Shown: in pieces, positions 38,673 to 48,840 of the stretch
Position numbering within the stretch: position 1 is the stretch's first letter
Layout of the letters: each line of letters begins with the position of its first letter
DNA from: Cenarchaeum sp.
GTDB lineage: Archaea > Thermoproteota > Nitrososphaeria > Nitrososphaerales > Nitrosopumilaceae
Assembly (NCBI GenBank): GCA_965206845.1
Contig: OZ242221.1
Location: 1,120,001-1,184,000 of the forward strand
Direction: 5' to 3'
DNA length: 64,000 bases
Translations under genes and position numbers: made by a program
The notes under the pieces: generated by a model
The model's database searches: none
Seen by the model: the letters and a program-made list of their open reading frames with translations, nothing else
What the model was told of the DNA's origin: nothing

Positions 38673-41600
38673 GTGCTAAAAAAATCCAGACTTGCTGTAG
38701 CGTTTTTACTGGTGGCTATTATGACGAGCCTTCCCGTATACCCTGCGCACTCACAGGTGGATCTTGACGGGGACGGCTATGCGGGCGACGCGGATCTGTG
38801 CCCCCACCTTCCCGAGGACAACGCAGGCAAGCTGGACGGATGCCCGTCTGACTTTGTGCCCTGGTACGACCAAGATCGTGACGGGATACGCGATCGCCTA
38901 GATGACTGCCCAGCCCTGCCAGAGGCATACAACAACTTTCTGGACTCTGACGGCTGTCCCGATGTAGTAGCGGGAGGCACGGGTGCAGGGGCGCCAGACT
39001 CGGACTCTGACGGCATACCCGACGTGATAGACAGGTGCCCCAACGAGCCTGAGACGTTCAACGGCGTGCTTGACTACGACGGCTGCCCCGACGAATCCAG
39101 ATACGGCCCCGACTTTGACTCGGACGGCATTCCCGACGCAGACGACCAGTGCGTCTCGGAGGGCGAGGTGTTCAACAACTTTGAGGACACCGACGGTTGC
39201 CCCGATGACATAACCGAGTTCCGGCCCAACGACGTGGACTCGGACGGCATTCCCAATGATTCTGATTTCTGCATTACGGCGCCCGAGACGCACAACGGGT
39301 ACCTTGACGAGGACGGCTGCCCGGACTCTCTGGGAGACAGCATATTCTTTGACTCTGACGGCGACGGCATAGATGACCGCTATGACTCCTGCCCGGAGCA
39401 GCCCGAGACCTTTAACAATTTTGCAGACTATGACGGCTGCCCGGACGTCCTGTCCACATCTGACCGTCCCCTTGATACCGACGGCGACCTGATACCGGAC
39501 ACCGAGGACGAGTGCCCGCTGGAGCTTGAGCGATACAACAAGTTTGAGGATGACGACGGCTGCCCGGACATGCCGCCACACCAGCCCGACGGTGATCCGG
39601 ACATGGACGGGCTTTTCACCTCCGTGGACGCATGCCCCCTGGTAGCGGAGACGTTTAACAATCACCAGGATGACGACGGCTGCCCGGACTATCTCGGCAC
39701 GGAGAGGGAGATCCCAGACTCTGACGGCGACGGGTTCCCCGACTTTGCGGACTCGTGTCCCAGCGAGCCTGAGACGTTCAACGGCATACTGGACACTGAC
39801 GGCTGCCCAGACCGGGAGATCACCCGGGACAGCGACCGCGACGGGATAGCCGACGGTTTTGACGCGTGCCCCAGGAGTCCCGAGACCTACAACAGGTTCC
39901 AGGATCTGGACGGCTGCCCTGACAGCATACTAGACACCAACCTTGCCGACGAGGACGATGACGGCATACCAAACTCCTTTGACCAGTGCGTGCTGAACCC
40001 CGAGACATACAACGCGTATAGGGATCTTGACGGCTGTCCCGATCACCTGCCCACTACAGATGCCGACCGCGACGGCGTAGCCGACGGGGTCGACCTGTGC
40101 CCAGACGAGCCCGAGACCCGCAACGGCTACAACGATCACGACGGGTGCCCAGACGCCCCGGTCAGTGTGGATATGCTCCGCGTGTACTTTACAGAGCCGC
40201 CCATACTGGACAGCGACCGGGACGGAATCATAGACTCGCAGGACACATGCCCGCTGATATCTGAGACATTCAACAGGTTCCTAGACGAGGACGGCTGCCC
40301 CGACTCTGTCGGCCAGTTCAGGGAGATTCCGGACTCTGACTCGGACGGCTTCCCCGACTATGCCGACTCGTGCCCCAGCGAGCCTGAGACGTTCAACGGC
40401 GTGCTTGACTACGACGGCTGCCCCGACTTGGACACCTTTAATGACTCTGACACGGACGGAATATCCAACGAGTTTGACTCGTGTCCGGAGGATGCAGAGA
40501 CGTACAACTTATTTGAGGATACCGACGGATGCCCAGACGAGCCGCCGGGTGCAGCACCGGCGGACCACGACGGTGACGGCATAGCCGACATGCGCGACCG
40601 GTGCCCGACGGTACCCGAGACGTCCAACGGGTACCTTGACGAGGACGGATGTCCTGACTCACTGCCGGCAACCGACACGGACGGGGACTTTGTGCCGGAT
40701 CACCTGGATCTGTGCAGCGACGAACCGGAGAACTGGAACAACTATCTGGATTATGACGGGTGCCCAGACGACCCCACAGGCAACGACGCGGACTTTGACG
40801 GGATACCCAATGCAGACGACCAGTGCCCGCAGGAGCGCGAGAGGCACAACGGCTACGAGGACGAGGACGGGTGCCCAGATATCCCGCCGTACCTGATAGT
40901 CGTGGACTCTGACTATGACGGCATCATGGATCCGGATGACGCGTGCCCGTCGGTACCTGAGGTCTTCAACAACTTCCAGGACGAGGACGGCTGCCCCGAC
41001 TCTGTGGAGCAGGGTACGAGCATTCCCGACTCTGACGGCGACGGGTTCATAGACTCTGCTGACCTGTGCCCCAACCAGCCCGAGACATTCAACAACATAC
41101 TTGACCTGGACGGGTGCCCCGACGATGTAGTGGGGCTTGCGGATACTGACAGTGACGGATACCCAGACGGCGCGGACTCGTGCCCGGAGATGGCCGAGAA
41201 CTTTAACGGGTTCCAGGACTCCGACGGGTGCCCTGATGTAATCGAGGTGCCCGTGTTCAACGATGCCGACGGCGACGGGGTGGAGAACAGCTCTGACGCG
41301 TGTCCCTTTGAGGCGGAGGTCGTAAACGGCCTGCAGGACGACGACGGATGCCCCGACGAGCTGGTGCTGGGGCCCGACTCTGACGGCGACGGCGTACCCG
41401 ACTACAGGGACTGGTGCCCCGACCACCTGGAGGTCATAAACCGCTATCTTGACACCGACGGATGCCCAGACGTAATCCCGACGCCGTCACACAGGACCGA
41501 CAGCGACGGCGATGCCATATATGACGATGTGGACATGTGCCCCGACGAGCCTGAGACATGGAACAAGTACAGCGACTCTGACGGGTGCCCAGACATCTTC

Positions 41601-41726
41601 CCCGGACTGTCCAGGTACTCAAATGACATGGACCTTGACAACGTGCTAAACAGCGTGGATGCGTGCCCTGCAGACCCAGAGGACTATGACGGCGACCGCG
41701 ACACCGACGGCTGTCCGGATCCATAG
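38673..41726 (+). CDS. Secreted thrombospondin type-3 repeat Ca-binding protein (25 repeat units counted)
   Basis: Signal peptide followed by D.DGDG..D..D.CP...E.(F/Y)N...D.DGCPD units to the C-terminus. Confidence 0.9.
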   Translation: MLKKSRLAVAFLLVAIMTSLPVYPAHSQVDLDGDGYAGDADLCPHLPEDNAGKLDGCPSDFVPWYDQDRDGIRDRLDDCPALPEAYNNFLDSDGCPDVVAGGTGAGAPDSDSDGIPDVIDRCPNEPETFNGVLDYDGCPDESRYGPDFDSDGIPDADDQCVSEGEVFNNFEDTDGCPDDITEFRPNDVDSDGIPNDSDFCITAPETHNGYLDEDGCPDSLGDSIFFDSDGDGIDDRYDSCPEQPETFNNFADYDGCPDVLSTSDRPLDTDGDLIPDTEDECPLELERYNKFEDDDGCPDMPPHQPDGDPDMDGLFTSVDACPLVAETFNNHQDDDGCPDYLGTEREIPDSDGDGFPDFADSCPSEPETFNGILDTDGCPDREITRDSDRDGIADGFDACPRSPETYNRFQDLDGCPDSILDTNLADEDDDGIPNSFDQCVLNPETYNAYRDLDGCPDHLPTTDADRDGVADGVDLCPDEPETRNGYNDHDGCPDAPVSVDMLRVYFTEPPILDSDRDGIIDSQDTCPLISETFNRFLDEDGCPDSVGQFREIPDSDSDGFPDYADSCPSEPETFNGVLDYDGCPDLDTFNDSDTDGISNEFDSCPEDAETYNLFEDTDGCPDEPPGAAPADHDGDGIADMRDRCPTVPETSNGYLDEDGCPDSLPATDTDGDFVPDHLDLCSDEPENWNNYLDYDGCPDDPTGNDADFDGIPNADDQCPQERERHNGYEDEDGCPDIPPYLIVVDSDYDGIMDPDDACPSVPEVFNNFQDEDGCPDSVEQGTSIPDSDGDGFIDSADLCPNQPETFNNILDLDGCPDDVVGLADTDSDGYPDGADSCPEMAENFNGFQDSDGCPDVIEVPVFNDADGDGVENSSDACPFEAEVVNGLQDDDGCPDELVLGPDSDGDGVPDYRDWCPDHLEVINRYLDTDGCPDVIPTPSHRTDSDGDAIYDDVDMCPDEPETWNKYSDSDGCPDIFPGLSRYSNDMDLDNVLNSVDACPADPEDYDGDRDTDGCPDP

Positions 41727-42062
41727 TCCCAGATCTTTAATCCCGTATTGTATACCATGACCGGGCTGCTGCACGAAGTGACAATCTTCCCGATGGGCGG
41801 GATCTGCACCACGTGCAGGTCGATAAAAGGATCGGAGCTGTCCGGAGCCGCCGCGCAGATACATATCTGACCTACATCCCATGGTAGCCATGGCAAAAGA
41901 CGGCGGCGCGGCGCGGATTTACGGCTCGGGAGGATTACCTGCCGTTCCTGCAGGGGTTCCTGGAGCCGGAAGGTGCATAGAGCGCATAGGCGCCGGCACC
42001 CCACAGGGGTGCACCGACATCGCAGGCCGCCGCGTGGGGGGCGCGCAGGCCAGGCTGCCGAC

Positions 42063-43052
42063 ATGAAGGCCATACTTTTGACACTTGCAGTCGTCCTTTG
42101 TGCGGGCTTTGGCTACGCGTACTCGTCTGGCGAGCCGATACCTGCGTGGATCAAGCAGGTGGCCGGATTCTGGGCAGAGGACAAGATAACAGATTCGGAG
42201 TTTGTCGCGGCGCTGGAGTTTCTGATAAGGCAGGGCGCCATTCAGGTCGATGACTCTGAAAGAGTGTTTGAGCTAAAGGAGAAGAACCGGGTGCTGCGCG
42301 AGAGGATAGCGCTGCTCGAATCAGGTGGCACACACCCCGGAGAGGCATCCGGGAGCACTGCGATCTTTGCGCGCGGCGTCCTGCTCGCAATCGACGAACT
42401 GCCGGACATCCAGAACGCGACAATTCCCGCAAACGCCATCAAAAGGGCGACAGCCACATGGGAGCAAGTCAACCCCCGCATGAGCATCAAGGATGTGAAC
42501 ACGGTCCGGATCCTGTGGTCTGTCGGCATCCCGACCGAGCATGTGGGTCTCGCGTTATGCACGGCCTCCGGCACCTGCGTACTCGAAATCTGGCTGGGCG
42601 GCTATGACTGCAACGGAGACTTTGTGCAGTACGACGAGGATTCTGTAACCAACACAATCATGCACGAGATCGGGCACACTATGGGACTCAACCACACAAG
42701 TGATGAGCAGCACCTCATGTACGGCACGGATTATGTGCAGGATGATTTTGACACGCTTGGGTACGTCATTCCAGACCGGCTTGATGGCTGGTTTGTCGGG
42801 CAGGAGGAGATCGTCAGCACGCTGGACGGGCTGGACGTCCAGATCGGTACCCTGAAGTCCGAATGGGGCGAGCTCAATGTAGAATACGAACCGTACGTGA
42901 ACAAGAGCCAGCCCCTTGTATCTAGGGAATACACGAGGGCAATGGAGCTGTACGACCGGCTGAACCAAATTGCCGACGAGCTGGATCTCCTAATCGTACG
43001 CTACAACGAACTATTTGACCTGTACGGCTGCTATCCAAATCCGGGCGCCTAG
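42063..43052 (+). CDS. Secreted metzincin (matrixin/M10-like) metalloprotease
   Basis: Signal peptide, thaumarchaeal IPAWIKQVAGFWAEDKITDSEF surface motif, HEIGHTMGLNH zinc site, LMY Met-turn and C-terminal coiled coil. Confidence 0.88.
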   Translation: MKAILLTLAVVLCAGFGYAYSSGEPIPAWIKQVAGFWAEDKITDSEFVAALEFLIRQGAIQVDDSERVFELKEKNRVLRERIALLESGGTHPGEASGSTAIFARGVLLAIDELPDIQNATIPANAIKRATATWEQVNPRMSIKDVNTVRILWSVGIPTEHVGLALCTASGTCVLEIWLGGYDCNGDFVQYDEDSVTNTIMHEIGHTMGLNHTSDEQHLMYGTDYVQDDFDTLGYVIPDRLDGWFVGQEEIVSTLDGLDVQIGTLKSEWGELNVEYEPYVNKSQPLVSREYTRAMELYDRLNQIADELDLLIVRYNELFDLYGCYPNPGA

Positions 43053-43137
43053 AGGCCGTACCTTGCAGGCATGCGCTATCCCACAGACCGCAGGATACGG
43101 CGGTCGGCTGATCACGGTACCGCCAAATGACAGCTGC

Positions 43138-43295
43138 ATGCCATTGACGATTGTGTTTGCAGGTGGGATGACCATCGCGATACTAGGCGAATTGCCGGTG
43201 ACAGTTGCACAGGCAGGAACGCTTAGTGCCTCGGCCACCGGATCATTCGACGATCCACAGATACTTGAGATTGCAGACGATCCGTCAAGAGACTC
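43138..43295 (+). pseudogene. 5' remnant of an S-layer gene paralogue
   Basis: TIVFAGGMTIAILGELPVTVAQAGTLSASATGSFDDPQILEIADDPSRD aligns with the N-terminal region of 30824-35050 (TIMLAGGMTIAMPGEPPQAAAQTGTLSVSATGAFGGPQILEIVVDDPSRD). Confidence 0.8.
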
Positions 43296-43646
43296 CGTTA
43301 ATGAGGATGCCTGTCTCTTGCGAAGTTCACTATTAATGGAGCGATTTTGCGACACTATACCAACGAGTCAACATACTAATGACGATCGCCTGCCTGCCAA
43401 ATGTCGCAGGCGGCCTGCAAGACGCATCCGCCCCGTTCCATGCTATCCCCATGGAACATCTTCTGGGATCAAAGCCCCACGGCTGCGGCACGTCCGCAGG
43501 CGGTCCGGCGCCGAAGGATACCGGCCGGCCCTACACCGGACGGAGAGGCATCCATGGGGTGGGAACGGCAAGTTCCACCCGCGCCCGCGGGAAAATCCAC
43601 TTACCGTGAGGTTTAATAGAGACAGCTTGAAAGATTGATACGGGAT

Positions 43647-46427
43647 ATGAGAGTACATTATCTTCTTGGGTTTTTGCTGATTATGGCTTCCGTTGCAGGT
43701 ACCACGCATACCCTTGCCGCAGAGAACGATCTGGACGACGACGGCGTTGCGGACAACGTGGATGCCTGCCCGTTTGTAAGGGAGGACTTTGCAGGTATAC
43801 TGGACGGCTGCCCGTCTGACTTTGTGCCCTGGTACGACGCCGATAGCGACGGAATCGAGGACAACCTGGACTTCTGCCCCGTGGCAAGGGAGAACTACAA
43901 CCTGTTCCAGGACGAGGACGGCTGCCCGGACGTGGCTCCCGGTGACGGCACCGGGGCGCTGCCCGACTCTGACGGTGACGGGTTTATAGATTATCTGGAC
44001 TTGTGCCCCTCGGAGCCTGAGACCTTCAACGGCATCCTGGATCGGGACGGCTGCCCTGACAGCTATCTGCCCTTCCTGGACCAGGATCAGGACGGCGTAC
44101 CCAACGCAGTGGACCTGTGCCCGCTGGATCAGGAGGTGTACAACTTTTACCAGGATACCGACGGGTGTCCGGATGAGGTAGCCGAGGAGACGGACCGGTT
44201 CGAGTTCCCCGACACCGACGGCGACGGGCTAGATGACCGGTGGGACCAGTGCCTGGACGTGGCCGAGAACTTTAACAATTACCTTGACTGGGACGGCTGC
44301 CCCGACATACCGGGAGTGACGCTGGGCGGGGAGCGCGATGCGGACTTTGACACGATTCCTGATCTGTTGGATCAGTGCCCGGAGGTGGCCGAGAACTTTA
44401 ACAGGTTTGAGGATGACGACGGGTGCCCAGACACGGTTGTCATCACCAGGGTAGGGGATCTCGACGGTGACTTTGTGCCAGATGACGTGGATCAGTGCCC
44501 GCTGAGCGCAGAGATATACAACCGGTTCCTTGACACGGACGGCTGCCCCGACTATGTGAACCTGAGGACTGCTGGTCCTGCCGACTCTGACGGCGACGGC
44601 ATCAACGACTATATCGACCAGTGCCCGACAGAGGCCGAGACGTTCAACGGCATCCTGGATGCCGACGGCTGCCGCGACGACTACACCCCGCTGCATGATG
44701 GCGACGGCGACGGCATACCAAACAACCTGGATGCGTGCCCTGACGAGCGCGAGGTGCACAACGGCTTTGAGGATGACGACGGATGCCCGGATGCGGTTGA
44801 CGAGGACACCTCTGCCACCTTTACGTTCCCCGACACCGACGGCGACGGGCTGGATGACAGGCGGGATCAGTGCGTGGATGTGCCCGAGAACTTTAACGAT
44901 TACCTTGACTGGGACGGCTGTCCCGACGTGCCCGGATTCAACCTGGGCGCCGTGGTTGACACCGACGGCGACGGGATACTGGACGGCGCCGACCTGTGCC
45001 CGACCATAGGCGAGAGGTACAACAACTACTTTGACGAGGACGGCTGCCCGGACGTGATCGATCTGGAGTACAGCGGTGACCGGGACAGCGACGGGGTTCC
45101 CGACGGCCTGGACCAGTGCCCGCAGGTGCGGGAGACCTACAACAGGTTCCAGGACGAGGACGGCTGCCCCGATGTAGTGCCACCGGGGATAGCCAGGCCT
45201 GTCGACTCTGACGGCGACGGCATCAGCGACCTCTTGGATCTGTGCCCCACGGAGCTTGAGACCTTCAACGGCATCCTGGACCGGGACGGCTGCCGCGACG
45301 ACTACTCCTTGACGCAGGACTCTGACGGCGACGGCATTGAAAACAGTGTGGATTCGTGCATTTACGAGCGGGAGGTATACAACAACTTCCAGGATAACGA
45401 CGGATGTCCCGACGCAGTCGATGCGGGCGTGACCGAGTTCACGTTCCCCGACACCGACGGCGACGGGCTGGATGACAGGTGGGACCAGTGCGTGGACATA
45501 CCCGAGAACGTCAACGGCTACCTTGACTGGGACGGTTGCCCGGACACGCCAGGCGTGGTGTCCCCGGCCTTGATAAACGACTCTGACGGTGACGGCATCA
45601 TTGACGAAAACGACCTGTGCCCCGACATAGGCGAGAGGTACAACAGCTATCTGGACGAGGACGGCTGCCCAGACCTGATACCGGTCCTCCGCGACGGCGA
45701 CTCGGACACCGACGGAATAGCGGACTCGCTTGACGCCTGCCCGCAGATTGCCGAGACGTATAACGGCTTTGAGGATGACGACGGCTGCCCCGACTATATC
45801 GGAGGTGTGGGCGGCATTCCGGACAGTGACATAGACGGAATAATCGACGTTCTGGACCTGTGCCCGCTGGCCCCCGAGACCTACAACGGCGTGCTTGACC
45901 ACGACGGCTGCCCCGACAGGGTGCTGAGCAGCCTGGATGCAGATGACGACGGCATACCGGATCCCCTGGACCAGTGTGTTGACGAGGCAGAGGTGTACAA
46001 CAGGTTCCAGGACTCTGACGGCTGCCCAGACTCTGTCATCACGGGACAGACCGACTTTGAGTTCCCAGACACAGACGGAGACGGCCTGGATGACAGGTGG
46101 GATCAGTGCCTGCTCGAGCCAGAGGAGTTCAACGGATACCTGGATCACGACGGCTGCCCAGATGTCATACCGGAGGAGGCCAGCTACGAGTCCGAGGGTG
46201 ACATCGACGGCGACGGCTTCATAAACGAGGCCGACTCGTGCCCCACGGAGCCTGAGACCTGGAACAAGTACCGGGACTACGACGGATGTCCGGACGCACT
46301 GCCGAGCCAGCCCAGGGTTACACCCGATAGCGACGGCGACGGCATTCCGGACAGCGTAGACGCGTGTCCAAGCGAGGCCGAGAACTATGACGGCGACCGC
46401 GACACCGACGGCTGTCCCGACCCGTAG
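43647..46427 (+). CDS. Secreted thrombospondin type-3 repeat protein, paralogue 2 (22 repeat units counted)
   Basis: Same architecture as 38673-41726; identical C-terminus YDGDRDTDGCPDP. Confidence 0.9.
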   Translation: MRVHYLLGFLLIMASVAGTTHTLAAENDLDDDGVADNVDACPFVREDFAGILDGCPSDFVPWYDADSDGIEDNLDFCPVARENYNLFQDEDGCPDVAPGDGTGALPDSDGDGFIDYLDLCPSEPETFNGILDRDGCPDSYLPFLDQDQDGVPNAVDLCPLDQEVYNFYQDTDGCPDEVAEETDRFEFPDTDGDGLDDRWDQCLDVAENFNNYLDWDGCPDIPGVTLGGERDADFDTIPDLLDQCPEVAENFNRFEDDDGCPDTVVITRVGDLDGDFVPDDVDQCPLSAEIYNRFLDTDGCPDYVNLRTAGPADSDGDGINDYIDQCPTEAETFNGILDADGCRDDYTPLHDGDGDGIPNNLDACPDEREVHNGFEDDDGCPDAVDEDTSATFTFPDTDGDGLDDRRDQCVDVPENFNDYLDWDGCPDVPGFNLGAVVDTDGDGILDGADLCPTIGERYNNYFDEDGCPDVIDLEYSGDRDSDGVPDGLDQCPQVRETYNRFQDEDGCPDVVPPGIARPVDSDGDGISDLLDLCPTELETFNGILDRDGCRDDYSLTQDSDGDGIENSVDSCIYEREVYNNFQDNDGCPDAVDAGVTEFTFPDTDGDGLDDRWDQCVDIPENVNGYLDWDGCPDTPGVVSPALINDSDGDGIIDENDLCPDIGERYNSYLDEDGCPDLIPVLRDGDSDTDGIADSLDACPQIAETYNGFEDDDGCPDYIGGVGGIPDSDIDGIIDVLDLCPLAPETYNGVLDHDGCPDRVLSSLDADDDGIPDPLDQCVDEAEVYNRFQDSDGCPDSVITGQTDFEFPDTDGDGLDDRWDQCLLEPEEFNGYLDHDGCPDVIPEEASYESEGDIDGDGFINEADSCPTEPETWNKYRDYDGCPDALPSQPRVTPDSDGDGIPDSVDACPSEAENYDGDRDTDGCPDP

Positions 46428-46588
46428 GGATATGATGCCTGCGGCATCGCGCCGGGCGTGAGTGTTATTCTGGATATGTGTGTCTAGGCTTTGCCTGCGC
46501 GGCCGTACCTGTCCGGTAACGCATGCCTTCGGAGAGCAGTCTGGATGCGAGTGGCACCATGCCGGCAGCTGCGGGGCTGCGTCCGGCC

Positions 46589-47596
46589 TTAGCTGCTCAG
46601 CCAGCCAAGCCTCTTAAAGTAGGCAAACATTATTCCTGCGGGAATCACCGAGGCCAGTATCACTATGATAAACGTGGTATAGTCCCCGTTCTGGGTTATC
46701 CCGCCGGGCAGGCTGACGTTCATGCCGTAAAAGGTCCCTATCACCGTGGCGGGTATGGCCAGCGTGAATATTATCGTGAGCAAGGCAAGCACCTGGTTTG
46801 TCTTCTCGGTGCTCAGCATGTAGTCGGTATCCTTGTATATCTCCATGGTCTCCCGGGACTCCTCCAGGGTCTCGATCACCTTGTCTATGTGGTCTATTAT
46901 GTCGTCAAAGTACAGGATGAGATCCTCCGTTGCAGAGAACTTGGGCAGGTGCTTTGCCGTCTCCACCGTTATCCTCTTCAGCGGGGTTACGATCCTCCTT
47001 AGCATGGTAATCTCCCGCCGCAGCCTGGCGATCTTCTTTGCGATGGATCTCCGCTCGTCAAAGGCCCCGTCCTCGACGTCGTCGATGTTGGCTATGATGC
47101 GGCGCATGGTGTGGAGCAGGTCGTCCACTAGGACGTCTATTATCTCGTACAGCAAGACGCCGGTGGAACGCTGCAGCAGGCGCCGGCTTCTCTCGGAATC
47201 GGTGCCATTCCTGCACATGTCCGCCAGATCCACCAGTGGCTTTAGGTCGCCCTGGTGCACCGTGATGAGAAAGTCCTTTCCCACAAAGATGGACAGCTGG
47301 CTGTACTTTGGCATGTGGGACTTTGAGGACAGGGGGGGAAAGTGCAGTATGAGAAAGACGTGGTCGTCGTAGCTGTCCAGCTTGGCAAGCTCGAACTTTG
47401 CCAGGCAGTCCTCCACGTTGAGCGAGTTGAGGTTGTAGCGCTTTGCAAGCTGCTCCATGTACTGCCTGTCGGGATTCTGCAGGTTCAGCCACGTAAACCC
47501 GTTCCCGCGAACCTCCTCCATCTTCTGGGACGTTGCCGCCTCCTCTGCGGGCTTGCGCCCGTGGAGCAGCTTCTTGGGTATGGTTACTTTCTTCAT
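46589..47596 (-). CDS. corA: CorA family Mg2+/Co2+ transporter
   Basis: FYGMNV signature between two C-terminal TMs; KLDSYDD, LITVH. Confidence 0.93.
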   Translation of the reverse strand: MKKVTIPKKLLHGRKPAEEAATSQKMEEVRGNGFTWLNLQNPDRQYMEQLAKRYNLNSLNVEDCLAKFELAKLDSYDDHVFLILHFPPLSSKSHMPKYSQLSIFVGKDFLITVHQGDLKPLVDLADMCRNGTDSERSRRLLQRSTGVLLYEIIDVLVDDLLHTMRRIIANIDDVEDGAFDERRSIAKKIARLRREITMLRRIVTPLKRITVETAKHLPKFSATEDLILYFDDIIDHIDKVIETLEESRETMEIYKDTDYMLSTEKTNQVLALLTIIFTLAIPATVIGTFYGMNVSLPGGITQNGDYTTFIIVILASVIPAGIMFAYFKRLGWLSS

Positions 47597-47703
47597 TTTG
47601 AGATGTTCCTGTGGTTCAAATATAAAACTGATCATGTGCGGTGCCCGACACCCGGGCTATGCCGCAGAGTTGTGCTCCTGCCTGGCGCAGGGGGCCGGCC
47701 GCG

Positions 47704-48003
47704 TCACGGGGAGACGGCCTTTGCCACGGCCTCCTGCAGCTCCTTTCTGTGCACCTGTATCCTTGCGCGTATCTCAAAGGGATCCATGAGGTTGCTGGCG
47801 GATGCGCGGGTGGCCTTTAGGAGATAGTGCAGCGCCCCCTCCTCCAGCCTGCCGACGTAGTACCCGTACAGAAAGTCCAGGTTGCTGCCGCACCCCCACG
47901 CCTTCGTGTTTGGGAATGCTTGCGCCGCCTCGCCGGGAATCTCCCGTATCCTTCTTCTGATGTATATGTCCAGGGATCTCTCGATGCTGGAATCTCGCAT
48001 CAT
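47704..48003 (-). CDS. Conserved hypothetical protein
   Basis: MMRDSSIERSLDIYIRRR...DFLYGYYVGRLEEG; fits the gap between corA and uppP. Confidence 0.65.
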   Translation of the reverse strand: MMRDSSIERSLDIYIRRRIREIPGEAAQAFPNTKAWGCGSNLDFLYGYYVGRLEEGALHYLLKATRASASNLMDPFEIRARIQVHRKELQEAVAKAVSP

Positions 48004-48045
48004 ACCCAAAGTGATAAGAGTCCCATGTAATTCAAGTTTGCTGGC

Positions 48046-48840
48046 GTGAGTCTTGGGGAGTCGGTTCTGCTGGGTATGCTGCAGGGGGTGCTGGAGTGGC
48101 TGCCGGTCTCTAGCACTGGCGGGCTCGTCATAGTAATGGTGGAGTTCCTCGGGTATGCGGCAGAGCGGGCCACGTCGCTCTCGTTCTTCTTGCACCTTGG
48201 CACTGCGCTCTCCGCGGTGCTGTACTTTCGGCGGGACGTCCGGGACATACTTGCCGGCCTCGGGAGATACCGGCCGGGCTTTGCCGGCGGCAACGGCCTG
48301 GTCTCGTTTCTGATCCTCACCAGCCTGATCAGCGGCGCCCTGGGTTTTGCGGTCTATGCCGTATCGGCAGAGTACGCGGTATCCGGGGAGCTGCTGCTGG
48401 GCATGGTGGGCGTGGCGCTCATAGCCACGGGGCTGGTCCAAAGGTTTGTCCGGCAGACCGGGCTCCGGTCCTCTGCGGACTTGAGCCTCCGGGACTCGGT
48501 GCTGCTGGGGGTGGTCCAGGCGTTCTCTGCCATTCCCGGCCTGTCACGGTCCGGCGTCACGATATCGGCGCTGCTCCTTCGCGGCTACCGGGCGCAGGAC
48601 GCACTGCGGCTGTCCTTTCTTATGGGGATTCCGGCGGTGCTTGGGGCGCAGGCGGGTCTGGTTGCCGTGGGCGGGATTCCGGACGTGCCTGCGGCGGACC
48701 TGGCCGCCGGCCTGGCGGCCTCCTTTGCTGCGGGATACCTATCCATAGGGATCCTGCTGAGGATCGCGGGGCGGGTAAGGTTCTGGCTGTTTGCCGTAAT
48801 CATGGGCTCGGTGGCCCTGCTGTCACTTGTGAATCTCTAG
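48046..48840 (+). CDS. uppP: Undecaprenyl/polyprenyl-diphosphate phosphatase (BacA/UppP)
   Basis: QGVLEWLPVSSTG, LHLGT, IPGLSRSG.T, SFLMGIP. Confidence 0.9.
   Translation: MSLGESVLLGMLQGVLEWLPVSSTGGLVIVMVEFLGYAAERATSLSFFLHLGTALSAVLYFRRDVRDILAGLGRYRPGFAGGNGLVSFLILTSLISGALGFAVYAVSAEYAVSGELLLGMVGVALIATGLVQRFVRQTGLRSSADLSLRDSVLLGVVQAFSAIPGLSRSGVTISALLLRGYRAQDALRLSFLMGIPAVLGAQAGLVAVGGIPDVPAADLAAGLAASFAAGYLSIGILLRIAGRVRFWLFAVIMGSVALLSLVNL

Noticed and set aside
41757-41870. 37-aa ORF with CxxC (MTGLLHEVTIFPMGGICTTCRS...) after a TATA-like box
   Set aside because: Single CxxC, no recognisable family and no independent support.
44229-46148. Long antisense ORFs (639 aa here; also 17806-19441, 32081-33280 and many others)
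   Set aside because: Shadows of GC-rich, codon-biased genes on the opposite strand or frame; no protein motifs.
38673-46427. CRISPR array or DGR template/variable repeats
   Set aside because: Repeats are in-frame protein repeats with synonymous variation; no constant repeat-spacer pattern, cas gene, reverse transcriptase or adenine-specific mismatches.
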